A DNA stretch of 53,790 nt, taken from an uncultured Gammaproteobacteria bacterium. GTDB taxonomy: Bacteria; Patescibacteriota; Microgenomatia; Levybacterales; UBA12049. Location: contig CAZILC010000009.1 of the NCBI GenBank assembly GCA_964540055.1, positions 1-53,790 of the forward strand. The letters are read 5' to 3'. The position numbers and the translations under genes are program-made. The notes under the pieces were generated by a model. It was not told the DNA's origin, did not search any database, and saw only the letters and a list, made by a program, of their open reading frames with translations. This document shows positions 38,392-47,804 of this stretch, in pieces (position 1 is the stretch's first letter; each line of letters begins with the position of its first letter).

Positions 38392-40767
38392 TTAATAGGC
38401 CTGGGAGATTGGCATTACCGGAGGCATTTCGACTTCTTTTTTGGCTTTTTTCTTTGGTTCCACTTTCAATGGTTTGATTAAAGCGATTTTCAAAACTTCA
38501 TCCATGTGAGTGACGAATTTAAAATGAAGATCTTTGAGCACTTCTTTTGGCACATCTTCAAGATCTTTTTTATTGTCTTTAGGAAGGATAATAGTTTTGA
38601 GTCCGGCTCGGTGTGCTGCAATAACTTTTTCTTTAACTCCACCGATTTCCAAAGCTCGTCCGCGAAGGGTAACTTCTCCTGTCATGGCAACTTTTCTATC
38701 AATCGCTATTTTAGTCAAAGCTGAAACAATGGCAGTTGTGATTGCCAAACCAGCCGATGGACCATCTTTTGGCACTGCGCCTTCAGGTACATGGACATGG
38801 ACATCAATCTTTTGATAGAAATTCTCAGGAATACCCAAATCTTTCGCACGTGCTCTGATATACGACATAGCAGCCTGGCATGATTCTTTCATGACATCAC
38901 CAAGTTGTCCAGTCAGTATGAGCTGACCCTTCCCCGGCATCAGTGCAACTTCGATAAAGAGAATATCTCCGCCTGCTTCAGTCCATGCAAGACCGGTTGC
39001 CTGACCAATTTCATCATTCTTCTCAATCATATTTCCATGAATTCTTTCAGGTCCAAGATATTTCGTAATTTCTTTTTCGGTAATAGTGATTTTCCCTTTT
39101 TCCCCTTCTGCGACTTTTTTCGCTACTTTTCGAAGGACAGTTGCAATTTTTCTCTCAAGATTTCGAACACCGGCTTCGCGTGTATAATGATGGATGATAA
39201 ATTGCAGTGCTTTATCCGTCAATTCAACTTGTGTATCTTTCAATCCATGATTTTCAAGTTGTTTTTTAATTAAGAAGTCTTTTGAAATCTTGAATTTCTC
39301 ATCATGGGTGTATCCTGAAAAAGTGATAATTTCCAAACGGTCTCGAAGAGCAGGTGGAATGGTATCCAATACATTAGCAGTAGTTATAAACATGACATTT
39401 GAAAGATCAAAAGGAACTTCCAGATAATGATCGGAAAATTGTCCATTTTGTTCAGGATCCAGTGCTTCAAGAAGCGCGCTGGATGGATCGCCTCTGAAAT
39501 CTGAGCCGACTTTATCAATTTCATCAAGCATGAAGACAGGATTTTTTGTCCCAGCATCTTTAATACCCTGAATAATACGACCTGGTAATGCACCCACATA
39601 CGTTCTTCTGTGCCCTCGAATTTCAGCTTCGTCTCGGATTCCACCAAGTGAGACACGTACAAACTTGCGACCAAGTGCTCGGGCAATTGATTTACCAATT
39701 GACGTCTTACCGACTCCGGGAGGACCTGCGAAACACAAAATCGGACCTTTCATTTTGCCGGATAATTTGTGAACTGCCAGATACTCAACAATACGTTCTT
39801 TTGCTTTTTTCAAACCATAATGGTCTTCATCAAGAATTTTCTCTGCTGAGCCAATATCTGAGCCATCTTTACTTTCCTTACCCCATGGGAGCGCAACCAT
39901 CAAATCAAGGTAATTACGAATGTATCCTGCTTCGGGATTGAATTGATTCATATTCTGAAGCTTGTTCAATTCTTTTTTGGCCTTTTCTTCAACTTCTGCT
40001 GGCATCTTTGCATCCTTTATTTTGTTGAGTAAAACTCGGATCTCAGAATTTTCTTCTTTGTCACCAAGTTCTTCTTCAATCGTTCGGAGTCTCTCTCGAA
40101 GCATTGCTTCACGTGCACCTTTTTCAAATCTCTCCTGTGTCTTTGAAGCAATTCGTCTCTCAAGTTCAAGAATTTTTATTTCTTTTGAGAGGAGTTCTGA
40201 TAATTTCTGAAGCCTCTCTTTAACATTGGTCATTTCCAAAAGTTCTTGTCGTTCATGAGGTTTAAGATCCAAAGCTGATGCGATCAAATCAGAAAGTTCT
40301 GAAGGTGACGTCTCAGACATAATATTCATGAAAAGGAGAAAATCAGCAGATTTGCCGTAATTCATGGCTTTTCTGAATTCATTGGTCAAATGATTGCACA
40401 ACGCTTTGATTTCTTCATTGTTTTCAACATCATCAGGCATTTCAAGTACTTTTGCCATGAAGTAGGAATCATGTCGTTCATAAGAGAGAATCTTTACACG
40501 GGAAATGCCGCGGACTTGCGCGTTGATTTCACCATCTGTTCTGATCATGCGTTCAATACGTGAAAGGGTACCTATTTGATAGAGATCATCAGTTGTGGGA
40601 TCATTCAAGCGTGCGTTTTTCTGTAATACGAAACAAACGACGCGTTCTTTTTGGAAAGCGGATTCCAAAGCCGCCAGACTCTTAGGTCGACCGAAAGTCA
40701 ATACTGAATCGGTACTGGGGAAGATGATGCCATCTCTGATTGGGATTACTGGTACTACTTTTTCCAT
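38392..40767 (-). CDS. lon: Lon protease (endopeptidase La)
   Basis: GPPGVGKT, RGHRRTYVGA, LDEIDK, PKDGPSAG, GGVKEK. Confidence 0.97.
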   Translation of the reverse strand: MEKVVPVIPIRDGIIFPSTDSVLTFGRPKSLAALESAFQKERVVCFVLQKNARLNDPTTDDLYQIGTLSRIERMIRTDGEINAQVRGISRVKILSYERHDSYFMAKVLEMPDDVENNEEIKALCNHLTNEFRKAMNYGKSADFLLFMNIMSETSPSELSDLIASALDLKPHERQELLEMTNVKERLQKLSELLSKEIKILELERRIASKTQERFEKGAREAMLRERLRTIEEELGDKEENSEIRVLLNKIKDAKMPAEVEEKAKKELNKLQNMNQFNPEAGYIRNYLDLMVALPWGKESKDGSDIGSAEKILDEDHYGLKKAKERIVEYLAVHKLSGKMKGPILCFAGPPGVGKTSIGKSIARALGRKFVRVSLGGIRDEAEIRGHRRTYVGALPGRIIQGIKDAGTKNPVFMLDEIDKVGSDFRGDPSSALLEALDPEQNGQFSDHYLEVPFDLSNVMFITTANVLDTIPPALRDRLEIITFSGYTHDEKFKISKDFLIKKQLENHGLKDTQVELTDKALQFIIHHYTREAGVRNLERKIATVLRKVAKKVAEGEKGKITITEKEITKYLGPERIHGNMIEKNDEIGQATGLAWTEAGGDILFIEVALMPGKGQLILTGQLGDVMKESCQAAMSYIRARAKDLGIPENFYQKIDVHVHVPEGAVPKDGPSAGLAITTAIVSALTKIAIDRKVAMTGEVTLRGRALEIGGVKEKVIAAHRAGLKTIILPKDNKKDLEDVPKEVLKDLHFKFVTHMDEVLKIALIKPLKVEPKKKAKKEVEMPPVMPISQAY

Positions 40768-40891
40768 ATATATTCTACAAACTTTTGTGGAGAGTTTGTC
40801 TAACCATTTGTTGTAATTAGCAATCTATCACACTATCTGCTAATTGTCAACTATCTCTTAGTGCATAATCTACCAAGGAAAGAAGCAACTG

Positions 40892-41254
40892 TCAACTTTT
40901 CACGTATTTTCTTACAATGTAGAGGAGATCGTCTATATTAAATGGTTTGAGGAGAAAATCGTCAGCTCCAACTTCTTTTGTTATTCTCTCTGTTGCGTTA
41001 TTGGCCGACATCAAGACCAGCGGAATGGTCTTTGTATCATCTTTCGATTTGAGATGCTTGGCAATTTTGCCTCCATCTTCACCAAAGAGCCATATATCCA
41101 TAAGAATCATATCAGGACTGTGATTTGCGATTGTCTCATGGACTGTTTTACTTTGATCAGCGGTAAATACGTCATACCCGTCATTTTCTAGAATTATCTT
41201 TACTACATCAACTATAGCTTTATCGTCCTCTGCAATAAGAATTTTCTTTTTCAT
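40892..41254 (-). CDS. Single-domain response regulator
   Basis: IAEDD, LMDIWL, MSA, LLKPF. Confidence 0.9.
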   Translation of the reverse strand: MKKKILIAEDDKAIVDVVKIILENDGYDVFTADQSKTVHETIANHSPDMILMDIWLFGEDGGKIAKHLKSKDDTKTIPLVLMSANNATERITKEVGADDFLLKPFNIDDLLYIVRKYVKS

Positions 41255-41262
41255 ACGTAATT

Positions 41263-41889
41263 TCAGTTTTGTGCTACTAATGTAGAATATACCACAAGTC
41301 GATCCGAATAGTTCTTGGTATTTTTATCCCAAACGCCATTGCAGGTGATAAGATTGAGCATAGGAGTCTGAGAGGCTCCAAAAACTTCTTGAATTGGAAA
41401 GTTATTATAAGGATACCTCACTATCCGACTTACTGCAAATATGTATTTTCTATCATTATTTTCAGAAACTAGTATGTGATCCCCGACGCTCAGCAACTTT
41501 AAGTTCCAAAATACAGCTGGAGCACCTGTTACCTTATCCAAATGTCCATCAATTACCGCACTACCATTCATTCCTGGTTTGTACCCTGGGCTATACCATG
41601 CTGTATCGTCTGCCCTTTTAGGTATATCCATCCTTCCCTGAGCATCCATTTTTACAGATTCTACTGCAGCACTAACATGGATTTTGGGAATGGTTATGGT
41701 AAGAGGGATTCCAGGAGGGACTGAAGGTCTAGGCGTTGGATCAGGCGTTGGCAATTGCTTCTGTTCTTGGGCCAAAATTGCCTCAACTTGTTGCTTCGCA
41801 TGACTCGTAGTATGGGTTAGCATACTTCCGAAAATAATTCCGGTTATACTACCAACTAATATTATAACTAAGAGCAGATTGTTCTTCAT
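41263..41889 (-). CDS. Class F sortase
   Basis: N-terminal TM, ITIPKI, AWY..PG..GSAVIDGHLD, VFWNL, LNLITC.G.WD..YSDRLVV (His/Cys/Arg triad intact); ATG 41889 lies 7 nt after TAGAAT. Confidence 0.9.
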   Translation of the reverse strand: MKNNLLLVIILVGSITGIIFGSMLTHTTSHAKQQVEAILAQEQKQLPTPDPTPRPSVPPGIPLTITIPKIHVSAAVESVKMDAQGRMDIPKRADDTAWYSPGYKPGMNGSAVIDGHLDKVTGAPAVFWNLKLLSVGDHILVSENNDRKYIFAVSRIVRYPYNNFPIQEVFGASQTPMLNLITCNGVWDKNTKNYSDRLVVYSTLVAQN

Positions 41890-41985
41890 ACATTGTATTC
41901 TACGGAGCAAAACGCCATTTTTTAGAATACCTCACGTCTCATTTCGTTTTGCTCCCTTCTTTTTCAAAACGACTCTTTTTACAAA

Positions 41986-42162
41986 TTATTTAGCTCGACC
42001 TGTTGCTGGTGCTGCTGTTGGAGCACTAGCTGCTGCTGTCGGAGTAACTGTTGTTGTAGAAGTAGTCGGTGCAGTTGTGGCAGTTTGAGCAAATGTAAGT
42101 GTTGCTGCTGCCATAGCAGATACTGCGAAAACACCTGTTGCGATTACGGCTTTTTTGATCAT
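41986..42162 (-). CDS. 58-aa secreted Thr/Ala-rich peptide ending in sortase-like motif APATG-RAK
   Basis: Not in ORF track. SD AGGAGGTGA then ATG; MIKKAVIATGVFAVSAMAAATLTFA|QTATTAPTTSTTTVTPTAAASAPTAAPATGRAK. Confidence 0.85.
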   Translation of the reverse strand: MIKKAVIATGVFAVSAMAAATLTFAQTATTAPTTSTTTVTPTAAASAPTAAPATGRAK

Positions 42163-42190
42163 ATTATCACCTCCTTCCTTTAATAAAATC

Positions 42191-42207
42191 TTTAAGACTA
42201 TTTTAAG
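42191..42207. promoter_or_regulatory. OmpR-family (CiaR/PmrA-type) direct-repeat box candidate
   Basis: TTTAAG-ACTAT-TTTAAG between the divergent peptide and KGG genes. Confidence 0.35.
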
Positions 42208-42441
42208 TAAAACTAGTTACTGTCAATATAATCAAAACTCTCAAGTAATCAAGGCTATCCTAACATACCCTACATACTCAGTCAACAATATGTCAGATTT
42301 CTTACATCCCAGTAAACCTGAATCATATAAAACTCATACATATGGTTCTAAAATAAACTCTTGCGTTTTCCTTACAGGATTTTCTTTGAACTCTTATGCT
42401 AAAAAATTATCCTTTATTGCAGAGAGGAGGTGAAAATAACA

Positions 42442-42630
42442 ATGGCAAATGCAACAACAAAAAAAGGAAAAGGTCGCGGTTTTGCGTCAATGGATAAGAG
42501 TAAACAGCGAATGATCGCCAGTAAAGGTGGTAAAGCCGCACACAAAAAAGGAACTGCTCACACATGGACGAGTGAAGAAGCAAGAAAAGCTGGTCAACTC
42601 GGCGGTCGGGCACGGCAGAAAAGAACATAG
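42442..42630 (+). CDS. KGG-domain stress-induced protein (YciG/Con-10-like)
   Basis: RGFASMD..QRMIASKGGKAAH.KG.AH.W.SEEARKAG..GG; SD AGGAGGTGA. Confidence 0.9.
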   Translation: MANATTKKGKGRGFASMDKSKQRMIASKGGKAAHKKGTAHTWTSEEARKAGQLGGRARQKRT

Positions 42631-42698
42631 TGCCAAACCAGATTCTGTCCTGGTATAGACAGAGCAATCGTTACTTCTAAAAGAAAGGAGGTGAATTA

Positions 42699-42950
42699 AT
42701 GAATATTTTATCTTGGATACTTTTCGGTCTAGTCGTAGGTATCATTGCCAATGCGATTGACCCATCACCAAACAAAAGCGGCGTAACCGGATCAATATTA
42801 TTAGGTGTAGTAGGAGCACTCGTCGGAGGACTTCTCGCAAATCTGATGTTTGGAATTACTGTAACTGGATTTAGTATCACTACTTTCTTAGTAGCGATTG
42901 CAGGATCTTTATTGTTACTCTTCTTCGGAAAAGCAATGAGAAGAGTATAA
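42699..42950 (+). CDS. GlsB/YeaQ/YmgE family stress-response membrane protein
   Basis: ILSWILFGLVVGIIA..P..G...SILLGVVGALVGG..G..VAIAGSLLLL. Confidence 0.9.
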   Translation: MNILSWILFGLVVGIIANAIDPSPNKSGVTGSILLGVVGALVGGLLANLMFGITVTGFSITTFLVAIAGSLLLLFFGKAMRRV

Positions 42951-42960
42951 AATTACAAAC

Positions 42961-42992
42961 GAAATTCGATGGTAAACGTTATTTCGAATTTC
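42961..42992. repeat. Intergenic inverted repeat
   Basis: GAAATTCGA-N14-TCGAATTTC. Confidence 0.5.
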
Positions 42993-43023
42993 AAAAAATA
43001 CTACCTGAAAGGAGGTGAATAAT

Positions 43024-43320
43024 ATGTTACATACAGATGACAATACAAATCATCCACATCATCATAATAAAGATGTTGTAATGGCAGGACTCGCAGGAAT
43101 TCTTGCAGGTGCCGCAAGTATTACAGCAATAGCTCTTACAGATAGAGAAATAAGGAAAAAGGTTGGCAAAAAAGCCAATCACCTTAAATCATCTCTGCAG
43201 GATTGGAGTGTGGATAAATTACATATGGTTGAACACCATAAACCCAAAGTAATGGATGCTGTAGAAAGAACAGAAAAAATTACTGAAGAAAAAAGAGAAG
43301 ATGAACCACTGGGTACCTAA
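43024..43320 (+). CDS. YtxH-like small protein
   Basis: AGLAGILAGAASITAIALTDREIRKK: Gly/Ala hydrophobic helix then charged coil; SD AGGAGGTGA. Confidence 0.55.
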   Translation: MLHTDDNTNHPHHHNKDVVMAGLAGILAGAASITAIALTDREIRKKVGKKANHLKSSLQDWSVDKLHMVEHHKPKVMDAVERTEKITEEKREDEPLGT

Positions 43321-43453
43321 ACTATGAAAAAGAATGTAAAAAGCCGTTCCCCTTTTCAAAAGTGCTAAATCTTCAAAAAACGTAAGAATCTATTATGAAA
43401 TGCTTATAACTGCTTGTATCTTTTGTTTTTTTTGGTAAGATTAAAGTAATTTT

Positions 43454-44632
43454 ATGAACAACGAAGTAGCCCTGGAACAGGTAAATAAAGCAGTGTTAGA
43501 ATTGGTCAACGCAAAATCTGACAAACAATTAAATCAAGAAATTGTTGAATCTGCGAAGTCATTTATGCTTGCTGCTTATGGCAAGTTATATTTGTATAAT
43601 AAAGATCACTTAAAACGTGCTTATTATTGTTGTGATGAAGTAAAACATAACACCCTCGTAAATAATAAAAGTTTTATCAAACTGCTTAATAAGCGTTCTG
43701 TTTTTACTATTACGAGTCAAGAGTTGAAAAAAATGCAATTGAAGCATTTTTCACCAAAAATTAAACTCCTGGTCATAGTGCCCTTAATCCATGCTCAGCA
43801 ACCGCTGGGTTTTATTTTTCTTTATTACACTAATAAAAACAGTCTTGAAACAAATGAAATTGAACTGCTGTCAATTTATAAAAATGCTGCTGTTTTGGCC
43901 TTGACGAAAGCAAAATTGCAGGAACAGTCTCAAAAAGCGCTTGAAATCCGTGATAGATTTATTTCTCTTGCCTCTCATGAACTAAGAACTCCGTTAACCT
44001 CAATACATGGATATATTCAATTATTACATACAAAGGTAAAAGACAAGGACTCAGTGGAGTCACGATGGGTTCAGGAATTATATATCGAAAGCATCAGGAT
44101 GACCCAATTAGTTAAAGAGCTTCTCGATGTAAATAGAATTAAACAAGGACAATTCGCATTCGTTTTTAGTGAAGTGCCAATGCATGAAGTTGTCACGAGG
44201 GCAATTGATCGATATAGACTCACCAATGCAGATCATCCTTTTATATTACAATCAAAAGTACTGAATCATCAGTCAGTGGTGGTTGGAGACTTTGACAAAC
44301 TCGTAGAAATGGTTTCAGGATTATTAGGAAACGCAGTTAAATTTTCAAAACCGGGTGAAAAAATAGTAATTTCACTTAAGCAAACCCCAAATGCAATTTC
44401 GTTAGAAGTGAAAGATACAGGAAAAGGTATTTCCAAAAAAGATATTGCAGCAATCTTTAATGGCTTTTACAAAGCGGAAAATGCCAGTTATATAGAAGGT
44501 ATGGGTGTGGGACTGCTTCTTGCGCAACATATCGTTGACAATCACCGAGGAAAACTAAAAATCAAATCAAAGGAAAATAAAGGAACTTCAGTAACAGTAA
44601 GCTTACCTACGATTAAAACTTCGAATTTTTGA
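43454..44632 (+). CDS. GAF sensor histidine kinase
   Basis: GAF-like N domain, ASHELRTPLTS, GNAVKFS, DTGKGI, GMGVGL. Confidence 0.9.
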   Translation: MNNEVALEQVNKAVLELVNAKSDKQLNQEIVESAKSFMLAAYGKLYLYNKDHLKRAYYCCDEVKHNTLVNNKSFIKLLNKRSVFTITSQELKKMQLKHFSPKIKLLVIVPLIHAQQPLGFIFLYYTNKNSLETNEIELLSIYKNAAVLALTKAKLQEQSQKALEIRDRFISLASHELRTPLTSIHGYIQLLHTKVKDKDSVESRWVQELYIESIRMTQLVKELLDVNRIKQGQFAFVFSEVPMHEVVTRAIDRYRLTNADHPFILQSKVLNHQSVVVGDFDKLVEMVSGLLGNAVKFSKPGEKIVISLKQTPNAISLEVKDTGKGISKKDIAAIFNGFYKAENASYIEGMGVGLLLAQHIVDNHRGKLKIKSKENKGTSVTVSLPTIKTSNF

Positions 44633-44637
44633 GGGGT

Positions 44638-45309
44638 TTATTCTTTAATTACGTATCCAAATCCTCGGACTGAATGCAATAATTTTTTCTCTGTATTTGA
44701 ATCAATCTTTTTTCGCAGATATCCCATATAGACATCAACTACCCTTGTTTCAACATCACTTGAATAAAGCCAAATTCTAGAGAGGATCATTTCTCGAGTC
44801 AAAATCCGTCCTTTATTACTCATGAGATACTGAAGCAGTTTAAATTCCTGAGGAGTAAGTTGAATTTGCGATCCATCTCGTTTTACTTCCATTGTTTTAC
44901 TATCCAGTTCCAAATCCGCAACTTTCAAAATAGAATCACTATTCATTTGCTTGCGAAGTCTTGCTTTAATTCTGGCAAGAAATTCATCGGCGATAAAAGG
45001 TTTGGTAATATAATCATCAGCACCTAGGTTCAAACCTTCAACGATATCATTGATAGAATCTTTTGCCGTGAGAATAACAATGGGTGTGTCTTTATATTTT
45101 TTCCTGATTTCCCGGCAAACTGCTTCACCTGACATGACGGGCAATCCCAAATCGAGTACAACAAGATCGGGGACAGTTTTTTTGAAGTAATCAAGCGCAG
45201 CTATGCCGTCAGAAACGGTTTGCACCGAATAACCGTTATCTAAGAGTAGCTCTTTGAGGTATTTTTGCAGTCCTCTATCGTCTTCGACAACTAATACGGT
45301 TTGCGTCAT
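44638..45309 (-). CDS. OmpR/PhoB-family response regulator
   Basis: VVEDD, LDLGLP, GADDYITKPF, LTPQEFKLL, VVDVYMGYLRKK, SVRGFGY. Confidence 0.95.
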   Translation of the reverse strand: MTQTVLVVEDDRGLQKYLKELLLDNGYSVQTVSDGIAALDYFKKTVPDLVVLDLGLPVMSGEAVCREIRKKYKDTPIVILTAKDSINDIVEGLNLGADDYITKPFIADEFLARIKARLRKQMNSDSILKVADLELDSKTMEVKRDGSQIQLTPQEFKLLQYLMSNKGRILTREMILSRIWLYSSDVETRVVDVYMGYLRKKIDSNTEKKLLHSVRGFGYVIKE

Positions 45310-45759
45310 AAGTACAGATGATTATAGCAACTTTTGTAAGAACGTACAACTAATAAAACGATTATTTTAGCTTTTTGGGCAAGAATGCAATATATACTAT
45401 AGTATATGTTTTCAGGTAACATTGTAAGAAATTTAACCGTAAATTTTAATAAAATAGTAAAAGCAAACATGACTCATAGAAATAAATCGAAATTTATTTA
45501 CTTAATTCTTACTTTGTTACTACCTAATTTTTATATAGGTCTTGACATACCGTTATTGTTTCCATATAGTATTAGACACCTGCCATGTTAGAAAACCTTC
45601 TCAAATCAATCGAGATTTCACCAAAGCAACTAAAAATTTTTCTTTTTACTTTTACCGCTGTAGTAATTATGGTAACCCTCAAGAATCTTGGCGTACATTC
45701 CCCTTTCCCGCTTATCTTCCCTTGACAAACAATTCATAATTCACCAAGATTATATATGC

Positions 45760-47037
45760 ATGATGATTTATCTATTGGCTCTTTTAATCTTACTTTTTTT
45801 AACTCTCATTGTTTTTGTGATTAATTATAGTTATTCACATGCTGTTAAAAAAGCTCAAGTTGAAATTTTTTCTTCGTTAAATGAAGCCGCAATCGTGCTG
45901 GATGCTAAAGGAACTATACTATTATTTAATGAAAGAGCTGAAAAATTAGTTAATATAACCACAAAAGATGCAATCGGAAAAAATATAGATACAATAGTAA
46001 AATTGTATACTGATGAAACCCTCATCCCTTACTCAGTCTATGGAGTCTCTTCAGATGCTACAAAAAAACAAAATTTTACCTTCAGTCTTCTTTTGGATAA
46101 CGGGAACAAAACACAAGTTTTGATGTCAGTTTCTAAAAATCTTATCGGCAGAGCAAATCAAACCCTTATTACCCTGCTGGATACGTCACAGGAAAAGCAA
46201 CTTGAAGAAATGAAAGTAGACTTTGTTTCTATGGCAGCTCATGAACTAAGAACGCCTTTAACAGCAATTCGTGGATACGCTTCATTAATGCAAATGCACT
46301 ACGCGCAACAGCTTGATAATTCGGCACGGGAACTATTAACCAGGCTTATTGTTAGTACAACAACGCTTACCAATCTTATTGATAATTTATTAAGTGTTTC
46401 ACGAATAGAAAGAAATGACTTGATAATAGAGGGTAAACCAATAGATATGGGAGTGATTATCAAAGATATCTATACCAGTTACAAACAAGAAGCAGCCATC
46501 CGTAAGCAACAATTTATTCTCAATCTCCCTCCAAATCTACCACTTGTTATGGCAGATCCTTTTCGAATTGGCCAGGTTTTTATCAATTTGATTGGCAATG
46601 CGATTACCTACACTCCAGAAGGAGGAAAAGTAACGATTACTGTATCGGTGAAAACTGATCATCTTGAATTTGCAATTCAAGATACCGGTGAAGGAATACC
46701 CAAAGATGCTATGCCCCGCCTTTTTACGAAATTTTTCCGCGTTTCAGGTTCACTGGAACAAGGATCCAAGGGTTCGGGACTTGGACTGTATATCACAAAA
46801 TCAATAATTGAGCTGCATCATGGGAAAATTTGGGCAGATAGTATACTGGGACATGGAACTACTTTTACCTTTACTATTCCCATGGCAACAGAAGAACAAA
46901 AAGCGAACGATACACATAATCTTGCAAACAATGCATTCTTGACAGTCAAAAATGGACAGAGTATCATAATTAGAAACTCACCAATGAAGGTGGCAAGTGA
47001 AAACGTGCAACAAAGCACGAACACAACAAGCGTATGA
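45760..47037 (+). CDS. Membrane-anchored PAS sensor histidine kinase
   Basis: N-terminal TM, PAS, AHELRTPLT, GNAITYT, DTGEGI, FTKFFR, GSGLGL; start moved to ATG 45760. Confidence 0.9.
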   Translation: MMIYLLALLILLFLTLIVFVINYSYSHAVKKAQVEIFSSLNEAAIVLDAKGTILLFNERAEKLVNITTKDAIGKNIDTIVKLYTDETLIPYSVYGVSSDATKKQNFTFSLLLDNGNKTQVLMSVSKNLIGRANQTLITLLDTSQEKQLEEMKVDFVSMAAHELRTPLTAIRGYASLMQMHYAQQLDNSARELLTRLIVSTTTLTNLIDNLLSVSRIERNDLIIEGKPIDMGVIIKDIYTSYKQEAAIRKQQFILNLPPNLPLVMADPFRIGQVFINLIGNAITYTPEGGKVTITVSVKTDHLEFAIQDTGEGIPKDAMPRLFTKFFRVSGSLEQGSKGSGLGLYITKSIIELHHGKIWADSILGHGTTFTFTIPMATEEQKANDTHNLANNAFLTVKNGQSIIIRNSPMKVASENVQQSTNTTSV

Positions 47038-47426
47038 GAAAAATTTTAATTGCAGAGGACGATTTCTTCATCAGAGATATTTACAGCAAAGTCTTTTCGC
47101 TTTCAGGATACGATGTAAAAGTCGCAGTTGATGGCGCGGATGCATTAGAAAAAATAAAAGCAGATATATTTGATATGATTTTGCTTGATATTATGATGCC
47201 GCGTATGACCGGCATTGATGTTCTGAAAAATGTTCGCTCAATGACTACAACGGTAAAAAGTACACCTATTTTTATTATTACCAATCTTGGACAACAAAAC
47301 GTGATTGAGGAAGCATTCAAGCTTGGAATGGACGGCTATATTCTGAAATCACAAGTTTCTCCACAGCAGATTGTTGATGAAATCAATAATTTTTTCATCA
47401 ACAGAGAATCTCAACAATCACAATAA
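47034..47426 (+). CDS. Single-domain response regulator
   Basis: IAEDD, LLDIMMP, ITN, ILK; ATGA overlap with the kinase. Confidence 0.9.
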   Translation: MRKILIAEDDFFIRDIYSKVFSLSGYDVKVAVDGADALEKIKADIFDMILLDIMMPRMTGIDVLKNVRSMTTTVKSTPIFIITNLGQQNVIEEAFKLGMDGYILKSQVSPQQIVDEINNFFINRESQQSQ

Positions 47427-47804
47427 TTGTATTACGAGCTCTCTTTCTCGTGGCCCATCCAATTCAACCAACACAACTCTTTGCCAGGTACCTAGTGTCA
47501 ACTTACCATTTGAAACGGGAATTACAATGGATGATCCAATAATTGATGACATGATGTGATCCGGAACGTGAGCTGGATTATGGGGATGTCGGTATGATAA
47601 TTTAGGAATAATTGCCTCAAAGGCATCCAGCATATCAAGATCTGTTCCTGGATCCAGATCCGCAGTTGTTAAAGCTGCAGTGGTATGTTTGATAAAAAGA
47701 AAACAGATACTAGCATCCTTTTTCTTTTCAAGAAAACGGAGAATCTTGTCTGTGATATCAACAATTTCTTTCTTTTTGGTAGTCGAGATAGTAACCTGTT
47801 GCAT
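47418..47804 (-). CDS. yjbQ: YjbQ (UPF0047) family protein
   Basis: DIT, HTTAAL, YRH, LGTWQRVVLVELDGPRER. Confidence 0.88.
   Translation of the reverse strand: MQQVTISTTKKKEIVDITDKILRFLEKKKDASICFLFIKHTTAALTTADLDPGTDLDMLDAFEAIIPKLSYRHPHNPAHVPDHIMSSIIGSSIVIPVSNGKLTLGTWQRVVLVELDGPRERELVIQLL

Noticed and set aside
41879-42667. ORF-track calls 41879-42088 (+), 42155-42433 (+) and 42407-42667 (-)
   Set aside because: Antisense to the SD-led mini-peptide or KGG genes, or spanning their promoter region
45406-45739. Short ORFs between the OmpR regulator and the kinase
   Set aside because: AT-rich divergent promoter region; no recognisable protein features
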